Source of the DNA: Spirogloea muscicola
Lineage: Eukaryota
Direction of reading: 5' to 3'
Length of the DNA: 19,900 nucleotides
NCBI GenBank assembly: GCA_009602725.1
Contig: WELB01000028.1
Span: forward strand, 972,916-992,815
The notes beneath the pieces are model-generated. The model saw only the letters and a program-made list of their open reading frames with translations, was not told where the DNA came from and searched no databases. Every line of letters starts with the position of its first letter. Position 1 is the stretch's first letter. A program made the position numbers and the translations under genes. Shown in pieces: positions 1 through 8,085 of the stretch.

Positions 1-138
1 CGCCGCCGCCGCCGCCGCCGCGGGGCCTGCTTGCATCCAGAGGCCTCAACGTGGCCTGTCGGGTCATCGCCGGCCGGGCTGGCGCTGCTTGGCCTTGAGA
101 CGTCGTGGTGCGGTGCCCATCTCGCGGCGGCGGCGGTG

Positions 139-2283
139 ATGGCGGCGGCGGTGGTTCCTCGCCGTCTTCCAGCTCCCCAAGAAGGAAGCTGTTGCAGGCG
201 GCGGCGGCGGCAGCGGCGGCGGCGGCGGCGACGGCGCCGGCGCGCTGATGACCGCCTGTCGCTGCGCGCCCCGGTGCAGGGAGCTGTACGCGGAGGCGTG
301 CCAGGAGCTGGCGGCGCTGCTGCGCGCCTGCTACGCCTCCGCGTGCAAGGCGGCGCAGGCCACGCTCTTCCAGCTCGCCATGGCCGCCTTCCGGTTGCTC
401 CGAGAGTACGCCCCGGCAGCGCTCGTCCCCATGTCAGCTGTCGTCGAGGCCGTCAGTTCTCGTCGCGCCTCGGGCAGTGGAGCGTCTGCTGTCGCTTCTC
501 GTCTGCCGCTCGTGGGATCCCAAAGCCATGAATCGATGAAAGCGGCTCAAGCGAGTGCACCATGCCATGCCCCATCCAGGATGCAGACCGCGAGGCAGCG
601 CTCGGCGGCCGCCGCAGTGCTGCGGGCGGCCGAGGACGTGCTCCCCAAGCAGCGGCGGGCCGCGGCCGTCGGCGAGTACGCAGTCGCCGCCCTCCATCAC
701 CAGCGCCAGCGGCCCAAGCGCGGTTGGTGGTGCCGGCCGTTCGACACCTGTCGGTTGCCTCCTCCATCCCCCCTCTCCACATGGTGTCCGCCAGCCTTAT
801 CCATCATGTCGTTGGCAATTGAGCAGGCAAAGGGTTTTGCGGCTTAGGGGTTTAAGTTTAGGGCTTAGGGTTTAGGCTTCACAGCCACCTCAATGTCGTG
901 GATGCTTGGTGCTGCTTGACAGGAGCGGCAGGCTGCGACATCGAAGGAGAGCCCGGGACCTCAGGTTTTGCCGCCTGGTCACCAGAGAGCACTGCAGCAG
1001 CAGCTGCGCTTCTTGAAAAGTCAAGTTACAGAAAGTGGGTTCCTTATGCATGACGAGGGTCTTCTGGCTCCTCATCGTTGTTGAGGTATTTGAGCGCCCC
1101 TCACACAAGGTGCAGCGCCGCAAGCACGGCCGTCTGAGCTCCAGCCTCTCACATTTGACTGCAGTTGCGGAGCTACCTTCCGATGTTGTGCTGCACGTCT
1201 TCCGGTTGCTGGACGCACCCGCCCTTTCCTGCGCCACCGCAGTCTGCAGGTGCTTCTGCTCGCCCAGTTGCACTTCATGCTGACAATGGGTTGTGGTCTT
1301 TCTCAGTGCACACCCACTTCTGCCTGGAAACTCACGGCTATTTCAACTCCCATTTTAGATCAACTCATCTTCAACTCTACTATCATATAATCCACATTCT
1401 TGAATGACATGGCGTGCTTGCTGTGTGGCAAAGGTCTTGGAGGGGCCTGGCTTCGAGTGAGGAGCTCTGGCAGCACCAATATGCTGCCACCTTCGGCCCG
1501 TTGCGAGCAGCGAACGCAGCCCTAGCCATGGCTGGTTGCACGGCGAATGGCAGTAGTCCGGCTGGGGCTTGCCAAAAAAATAAGGAAGACCACGGCACCA
1601 TGCCTGGTGGGCATGGCGACAGGAGGCCTGGACTGGTGCTGGTGGACGGTGCTGAGGACACGAGCATGTCCATGAGCTGGCGCCGAGCCTTTCAACAGGG
1701 CCGACTCAAAGGTGACTGCAGACCTTCTGCAGTCCTCTCATTTGTGACAATGACTATTGGCAAATGACCACCTCACCTCTGTCCACTGTTCACAGCTCAC
1801 ACTGCATGTGTGTATGTGCAGATCCATCGTGGTTTCGGGGCTTGAAGTCTGGGCGGGCATACTGCTCTGGATGCAAGATGCTTGTGTGGCTTGGCGGGCC
1901 CTCTAGAGTGCTGGCATGGGGTCAACCGGTGGACCCCAGTGGGCACTGCCACAATCTCTGGCCAGTCTACTCTGAGCAGGTGACACATGCCTAAGCCCTG
2001 AGAATAAGATGTCAGTCTCGAAGCTGAACTCCTTCCCTCACTTGCCAAGTCGAAGAGAAGCACAGTGACCTAGTTCGAGGGCTCTGTAAGCACTGTTGCA
2101 TAAGTTTGGCTCCAGCTCACCAGTGCCCTGTTGTGCGTGTTACAGGTTGTTGAGTATGCAATTATGGTGTCCAATGGCGACAACTTGCGAGACTTCTTGA
2201 CGCACATAGACAGCGAGTCAGAAGAGGAGGTGGATCCGCCTGGACTTCGCTTTTGGCTTGTCCCAAAACTTTCAACGACATGA
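139..2283 (+). CDS. F-box protein, At5g52880-like (spliced). Inferred exons: 139-197 (tentative), 280-405, 580-722, 923-964, 1165-1249, 1434-1711, 1822-1979, 2146-2283
   Basis: Exons from 280 onward join in frame at GT-AG sites: ELYAEACQELAALLRACY...FQLAMAAFRLLRE|MQTA...AEDVLPKQRR; F-box LPSDVVLHVFRLLDAPALSCATAVCR|SWRGLASSEELW; SGRAYCSGCKMLVWL...HNLWPVYSEQ|VVEY...SESEEE...RFWLVP* (TGA 2281-2283). This matches the recalled architecture of the plant At5g52880 family. The first exon and start codon are uncertain. Confidence 0.85.
843..876 (+). repeat. Short interstitial telomere-like tract (TTTAGGG/CTTAGGG) in an F-box gene intron
   Basis: cttagggg-tttaag-tttaggg-cttaggg-tttagg; TTTAGGG is the plant telomere repeat (telo-box). 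Confidence 0.75.
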
Positions 2284-3044
2284 CAATGACGTAGCCCCTG
2301 CAACTGGGCAATGACAAATGTTCCACTCCTGGAACAGTTGTCTTACATTTGTGTTGACCTTGTACTTTGTACCCTAAACCTTGACCGTGTTCCAGGTCGT
2401 TTTTTACATGTTTTACAACCTCAGGCTCAGGCTGAATTTTGCTACATTAGGCGCGGGACTTGTCCTGCCCCCCATGTCTCTTGCAAGGGAGGGTGCAATG
2501 TTTATGCTGGCATGAGCACGATCTGTGTCTGGCAGCTCGACAAGATCAATAATCTACTTAAGAAGGTCAGCATACATCTGCTGTACAGCACGGCCTTCGT
2601 TATGGTATGATCCTATCATTGTTTCTGAACCTATGTTCTTTTTAGCTTTTTTTTGGGCCATGAGATGCATTGCTTAAAAGTTGAGCAGCAGGCGCTGAAA
2701 TGGGATTGCAACGCAGCAATGGCGTTGACTGCCGGCCTCCTATGGAGCCTAGCTGATTTTCTGTGTTGACGCGCCGCGGACTTTGCTGCAGCTCCACCTC
2801 CGTTATTCAGCAGACTGTTGCAGACAGCAGTGGCAAGTGAAGAAGAGGGATGGGGAGGGTGTACGAAAGAGGTGGCAGGGAGGAAGAAAGTGCTCGCCCA
2901 CAGAAGGTAGGGGCTGGGAAAGGCCAGCCAAAAAAGAATGACAAGGACAAGGAGGTGGGGGAGGGGGAAGGAGGGGAAGCGGGTCGAGGGCAGTGTAGGC
3001 TTGATATTTCGATCTCTTTCCGTGACCTGGAAGCGATCCTCAAT

Positions 3045-3326
3045 TCCTCCTGGAGGCTCGGTGCCTTTGGGTCTTGTGTCCTGCCCCCGTTTGCATTTAT
3101 TCATGTCCCTACAGCGGTCCCAAGGGCTTGCTTTTTTTGCACCCGCCGTGCCGGTCGCGCCCTTACAGCAGGCTCTGGCTTGCGCAGCGGGGTTGTTCTT
3201 CCTCCCCTCAGCTCATCTGACTTGCTACTGCTGACACGGGGGTCCTTCGAGCGCCCTGTCTACCTAGCCTGTGGCTGCGCTAATATAGTCATGAACACCC
3301 TCTGTATGCACCCGGCTGGCTCTTAC
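3045..3326 (+). mobile_element. RLE retrotransposon 3'-end fragment, subfamily 2 (frameshifted)
   Basis: Encodes ...RRAGRALTAGSGLRSGVVLPPLSSSDLLLLTRGS. Aligns by eye with the reverse complement of 7640-7900, including the 3' UTR. Confidence 0.8.
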
Positions 3327-3400
3327 TGTTGAATACAGTAATATGGTGAATCAGCGGGTCGGGTGTTGAACACTGTAATATGGTGAATCAGCGGGCCGGG
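3327..3400. repeat. 37-bp tandem duplication (2 copies)
   Basis: tgttgaatacagtaatatggtgaatcagcgggtcggg / tgttgaacactgtaatatggtgaatcagcgggccggg. Confidence 0.9.
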
Positions 3401-3759
3401 CTGTGAGACCATCCCGTCTGTCTCACTAGGCCGTGAGAGTCTCCCCTGCATCGGGTAAACTCTACACATCTGAGGCCACGCGGTGCTCCCGTGCGCCCTA
3501 GCCATGGCTGCCACCTACCGTGGGTGAGGGGGGAGCCTGTGCTATCTGTCTGACTGACTGTCTGAGATCTGAATCTGTTTGGCGCCATGAGCGCATCTGC
3601 ATCTGTGCCGCCGCGTCGAGGGCGGTCTGCTGGGCCCGTAGACAAGGGCAAACGTCCGATGGAGGACTTCGACTGGCGGAAGGAAGAATCTGAGAACGCT
3701 GACTACAACAGACAGGAACAGGTATAGGAGCAGATACAGGAGCGGTCAGCCCAATAACA

Positions 3760-3915
3760 AGCGCGGCCCAATTGACTGGTGGCTGTGAGAGGCCAGCCCA
3801 ATGGAATGGACAAGGTCTGAAGGAGCCGGATGGCGTAGAAAGCAAGGTACTGAGTGCCACGACGGTGACAAGGGGACTCTCAGTAACCTCTAGTCAGTAG
3901 ATGCATATCGGAATA
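3760..3915 (-). mobile_element. RLE retrotransposon 3' end (last codons plus 3' UTR), subfamily 3
   Basis: Minus strand reads YSDMHLLTRGY* (TGA 3882-3880), then gagtccccttg...cttgtccattcc..tgggctggcctctcacagccaccagtc, which matches 5493-5632 (+). Confidence 0.8.
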
Positions 3916-4727
3916 CAGAGCTAGAGCATCAGTGCCTAGAGGGTCGGCCGTGGAGCGGTCGTTGATTCAGGCAGCCTGGGAGAAGAAGTGTCCCATGATC
4001 CTCTTACAGACCACGTACTGGCTTGGTTTGGCCTCCTTTCGTTCATGCGCACAGCGCGCTTTGCCGCTGGCGGTTTTGCCGCTGGCGGAAGAGAAGGTTG
4101 CGTGGATGCTCGGGGACGACTACCAATGAGTATTGGGCCTTTAAAGAGGAGCAGGGGTTGTGAAAGGCCAGCCCAGATGCAATGGACAAGGTCTAACGGG
4201 CCGGAAGGCTCTAACATCAGGAGAAATGTGTGGGCAGGAGTTGTGAGAACAATAAGTACGGGTGACAAGCACAGGTACAGAATTTGGGACCAGACAGAGT
4301 GGAAGTGAGTAGCAATCGGTGCGGCAGCCCCAGCCCGTTCATTCGACGGTGTTCGGAAGGTGTGCTGGTGCTAATAAACGGAACTCGTCCCAAGGGGGCG
4401 ACAAACGGGCGGCTAAGATACGACACTGGGGCCGCTGCTGACTTCAGCACTTCCAAACATATAAAAAGAGAGAGGCCAAGCGCGAAAATGATGAAGGGCT
4501 CGCCCGTTGAGGATAGGCGACAAGGGTGAAGCCAAGGGGAGCAGAAATGCACCACAGGAAAACAGCTATACCTTATTGACGGCAATGACTGTAACAGAAG
4601 CACCTTTTCCGCACCCCCCCCCCCGGCGCCCCCTCACTGGACAATGTTCTAAGTCACTATATTCGCCGGGTCCCTCGCTCAAGTCTTCCGGATGCGCTTG
4701 GCTCTCTTTGCAGCGGTCCCTTGCATC

Positions 4728-5397
4728 GCGATGCCCTGGCGGGTTTGATGCGCGACGCCGGGTAGCGAGCGGTCGTGGAAGTGAACAACATCATGCCTAT
4801 CACCACGGATGCCCAGGGACGTCGTCATCGCCGCACACTTGACATTGTGGGCGTGCTACCTGGTGGAGGACCACGGGCCTTGGTCGATGTTGTTGTTACG
4901 GAGGCCTATAGAGGTCCAGCATCGGCCGACATCGTTGGCCACGCAGTGGATGGTGCCGAACTAAGAAAGCTGCAGCACTACTCCGATTACCCCCAATGCG
5001 ATCAGCTCTTGCCAGCAGCACTCGATGTTTTTGGCTGCTTAGGTCCCCGTTTCCACACTCTCCTTCAAAATATTGCCAATCTAGGCTACACACGACATGC
5101 AGATGTGTTCCTGGCTGAGATGGGCTTGCCAGCTGCATATCTGTCGTTCTTGCGACGTCGAGTTTCGGCCTGTTTGCAGCGTGCTCAGGCTAATGCTTTG
5201 CATCAGAAAGCTGGGCGAGCTCTAGTTGGTGGCAGAAGGGCTTCGTGTCTGCCATCTAGTATTCAGGCATCGATTAGCGACCTCTATGTTTTGACCCGTG
5301 GTTACTGACCGGGTCAATCTGCTGTAGGTTTTGTAGGTCTATAGATGTGCTTGCCTTTGTACTTGGCCATTTGGCCTTCGTTCGTTCAAAATACACG
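4728..5397 (+). mobile_element. RLE retrotransposon fragment, subfamily 1 copy A (endonuclease domain plus 3' UTR)
   Basis: ORF 4775-5308: RRTLDIV...ALVDVVVTE...GHAVDGAELRKLQHY...LPAALDVFGCLG...RRRVSACLQRAQANAL, a PD-(D/E)xK-type RLE C-terminus as in CRE-clade elements. An in-frame TAG lies just upstream (~4764). Confidence 0.85.
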
Positions 5398-5399
5398 AA

Positions 5400-5632
5400 C
5401 TTTTCCTTGCCTTCGCGGTTCACTTGCGCGCAGGCCGCGCTTTGGCTGCGGCCTCCGGCTTCCGTCAGGGCGACGTCTATCCGCCTGCTAGCTATTCCGA
5501 CTTGCTTCTCCTGACTAGAGGTTACTGAGAGTCCCCTTGCTGCTGTGTCGGTACGTAGCACTCCGGCTCCGTCAGATCTTGTCCATTCCTTTGGGCTGGC
5601 CTCTAACAGCCACCAGTCCATCTGGCCGCGCT
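5400..5632 (+). mobile_element. RLE retrotransposon 3'-end fragment, subfamily 3
   Basis: AVHLRAGRALAAASGFRQGDVYPPASYSDLLLLTRGY* (TGA 5526-5528), followed by a 3' UTR with the GGCTG...CAGCC hairpin. Confidence 0.8.
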
Positions 5633-5849
5633 TTCCCACGCCTTCATACACACTCCATTCCCTCGGCTTGAGGCTCCTCCGTTATTTGGCCCCTTCAAAC
5701 CTTTGTCAACTCTTTTCGGGCTGGCTCCTCACAGCCCTTGCCCCTATTGGGAGAGCCACTTCTCTATTCCCTCGGCGGCCCCCCCGCGCGCAGCAGCAGC
5801 GAACGCAGCAGCAACGAACCCTGGTGGCAATGAAGAAGAAGAAAGACTC

Positions 5850-6270
5850 TTGTAGCAAAGAGGCCAAGTACGCGGACTATCCGGAAGGGGACGAGTTCGT
5901 TCTACTGGCCGATGAGCACGGGGTTGTTGGGACTCACTGGCTAAACCTGCTGACCAGGCTTGCCACGCTGTGTCCCACAGGCGGGGCGAGCAGGCCGACT
6001 TCAACGCCGCTGGCTATAGAATGCGGCTATCTTTGAGTCTGCAGCGCTCCCAGGCACTCGCGATACACCAGCGTGCTGGGCGTGCATTAGGCCCAGGCCA
6101 AAGGCTTCCGTGGCGGTATCCTAGTCCTCAGCTTAGCTTGTCAGATATGTATGTGCTCACTCGAGGATATTTGGTGTCCCCCTTAGCCATTGCCCCGTAA
6201 CCAAGACTTCTGTAAGGCTCGAATTGGCCTCCCTTTCATTTTCATGCGCATTGCGCCTTCCTCCGCTGGC
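5850..6270 (+). mobile_element. RLE retrotransposon 3'-end fragment, subfamily 4 (frameshifted)
   Basis: KEAKYADYPEGDEFVLLA.EHGVVG..WLNLLTRLA / YRMRLSLSLQRSQALAIHQRAGRALG...LSLSDMYVLTRGY. The downstream segment 6224-6270 resembles 4027-4070. Confidence 0.75.
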
Positions 6271-6283
6271 TCGCTAGCGCAGG

Positions 6284-6387
6284 TTGTTTCGCATGCGCTC
6301 GTCCATATCCCTCCAATATCCCTCCAATGGCCACGCCTTGCACCTGCGTGCTGGCCGTGCTCTGGCTGCAGCCTCTGGCTTTCGTAA
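6284..6387 (+). mobile_element. Short RLE retrotransposon C-terminal fragment
   Basis: FRMRSSISLQ....HALHLRAGRALAAASGFR, similar to 5415-5466. Confidence 0.7.
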
Positions 6388-6473
6388 GAAAGCTAGTAAG
6401 CAAATCAAACGGAACGGGAAGAAAAATTCATCAAGGGGACTTATTGAGCGACAGCTTCTCTTTAATAAACTTT

Positions 6474-7530
6474 TGTGTATTTGAAATAAACGAAGGCCAC
6501 ATTGCCAAGCACAAAGGCAAGCACATCTTTAGACCTACATAACCTACGGTAGATTGACCCGCTCAGTAACCACGGGTCAAATCATTAAGGTCGCTAATCG
6601 ATGCCTAAATACTAGATGGCAGATACGAAGCCCTTCTGCCACTAACTAGAGCTCGCCCAGCTTTCTGGTGCAAAGTATTAACCCTAGCACGCTGCAAGCA
6701 GGCCGAAACTCGTCGTCGCAAGAATGACAGACATGCAGCAGGCAAGCCCATCTCAGCCGGGAACACATCTGCATGTCGTGTGTAGCCTAGACTGGCTATG
6801 TTTTGAAGGAGAGCAAGGAAACGAGGACCTAAGCAGCCAAAGATGTCGATTGCCACTCGCAGGAACTGGTCACATTGGGGTTAATCGGAGTAGTGCTGCA
6901 ACTTTCTATGTTCAGCACTGCCCACTGCGTGGCCAGCGATGTGCGTCAATGCTGGACCTTCAAAGGCCTCCGTAACCACAACATCGACCAAGGCCCGTGG
7001 TCCTCTATGAGGTTGCACGCCCACAATGTCAAGTGTGCGGCGATGATGACGTCCCTGGGCATCCGTGGTGATAGGCATGATGTTGTTCACTTCCACGACC
7101 GCGTGGTACCCGACGTCACGCATCAAACCCGCCAGGGCATCACGGAGGAGGTTGTGGATGCCCACCACTTCTGGTCCAGTGGGGCATCGGAGCATGTGAG
7201 TGGCGAGCTCAGCACCCTCTGCACGGAAGCCGCACTCACACTGGCGCACACCAATCAGGCACTTAGGTGGGAGGCCGAGGAAGAGTTGAAGCAACGTCCG
7301 AAAGGCCTCGGAGCTGATGCCGAAAGGCGTTGGCCACGGCCTGTGAGGTGATCCAATCTGTGGCTCCAGGTGTGGCGAGGGAAGTAAGTCTTGCCAGGCT
7401 CCTTGAATTGTTGTGAATCTCCGGCAGCCTCCTCAAGCTTCTGCGGCCCTCATCTTCCATTGCCGTAACCAGTCTGGATTGTGCCCCTCTATCCGAAGCT
7501 TGGGCGAGGGCGGAGAATGGCGTGAGTAGG
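6474..7530 (-). mobile_element. RLE retrotransposon fragment, subfamily 1 copy B (post-RT linker, CCHC knuckle, RLE, 3' UTR); pseudogenised
   Basis: ARLTSLATPGATDWI...LQLFLGLP...CECG...HMLRC..G.....HNLLRD...EV...RRTLDI...DVVVTE...RKLQHYSD(TAA)...DIFGCLG...RVSACLQRA...LTRGY* (TGA 6565-6563). About 90% identical to copy A over a hand-compared stretch of ~215 nt. Confidence 0.88.
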
Positions 7531-7624
7531 GATTAAGACTTGCGGCTGCTGAGTACGGAGTATCCCACATGGAACTTGTTCACCTGTGTGTTTCAGCACT
7601 GAATGAATGCGGCTGCTGATATTG

Positions 7625-7990
7625 AAAGAGCGGCTGTGAAAGCCAGCCAGATGCATACAGGTGTTCTTGACGGAGCCACAGGCTAGGCAGACATGGCGCT
7701 CTTAGTACCCCCGGGTCAGCAGTAGGAAGTCAGATGAGCTGAGGGGAGGAAGAGCAACCCCGCTGCGCAAGCCAGAGGCTGCTGCAAGGGCGCGACCGGC
7801 GCGGCGGTGCAAAGCAAGCGCTTGGGAGCGCTGGAGGGACAGACAATCGCATGCGGTAGCAGGACACAAGACCCAAAAGGCACCGAGCCTCCAGGAAGTG
7901 CTGCACCCCGCCGGGTGGTCCTTGTACTTGTTCAGCACTTTTCGGCCCCTTTGGACCTTGACCATGGCGTCCGAGCTGGCTTGTCACAGT
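7625..7990 (-). mobile_element. RLE retrotransposon 3'-end fragment, subfamily 2, with an internal deletion
   Basis: KYKDHPAG, then directly ..HFLEARCLLGLVSCYRMRL / SLQRSQALALHRRAGRALAAASGLRSGVALPPLSSSDFLLLTRGY* (stop at 7702). The segment equivalent to DVFGCLG is missing. Confidence 0.8.
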
Positions 7991-8049
7991 CCTCGCCGCC
8001 TTAGGGTCAGTTTACATCCCCGCAAAACTCACGCGCCTCGGGCGTCGTA

Positions 8050-8050
<1 letters not shown>

Positions 8051-8082
<32 letters not shown>
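8051..8082. repeat. (CGC)n microsatellite immediately upstream of the transaldolase ATG
   Basis: About 10 CGC units. Similar GCC/GCG runs occur at 1-20, 197-240 and 14744-14767, near gene 5' ends. Confidence 0.9.
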
Positions 8083-8083
<1 letters not shown>

Positions 8084-8085
8084 CA

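Larger units (their letters stand above)
2900..7990. mobile_element. Cluster of degenerate, 5'-truncated RLE-type (CRE-like) non-LTR retrotransposon fragments in both orientations
   Basis: Repeated C-terminal peptides (R..S.SLQR.Q..A.H.RAGRAL...SDxxxLTRGY*), CCHC and RLE motifs, and shared 3' UTR motifs. No RT domain is present in the window. Confidence 0.85.

Noticed and set aside
31..531. Poly-Arg ORF and similar GC-rich ORFs (also 7898-8191, 19062-19637)
   Set aside because: Alternative-frame or antisense read-through of GCG repeats and real exons, with no recognisable protein features.
3781..3798. Histone 3' stem-loop or snRNA 3' end
   Set aside because: It lacks the 6-bp stem and 4-nt loop histone geometry, no histone gene is present, and there is no consistent Sm site or other recognisable snRNA sequence.
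4775..5308. Stand-alone host nuclease gene
   Set aside because: It starts at GTG right after an in-frame stop, is intronless, and is a truncated sister of the longer pseudogenised copy at 6474-7530.
7541..7619. 12-bp direct repeat tgcggctgctga as a target-site duplication
   Set aside because: It encloses only ~55 nt with no recognisable element, so it could be chance or a local duplication.
2912..7648. CRISPR-like array of palindromic repeats
   Set aside because: The hairpin copies are irregularly spaced, lie on both strands and are embedded in retroelement tails in eukaryotic DNA; no cas genes are present.
2900..7990. Hammerhead or HDV-like ribozyme in the retroelement nest
   Set aside because: I found no CTGATGA...GAAA core by eye, and the element 5' ends, where HDV-like ribozymes would sit, are absent. 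A formal motif search was not possible.
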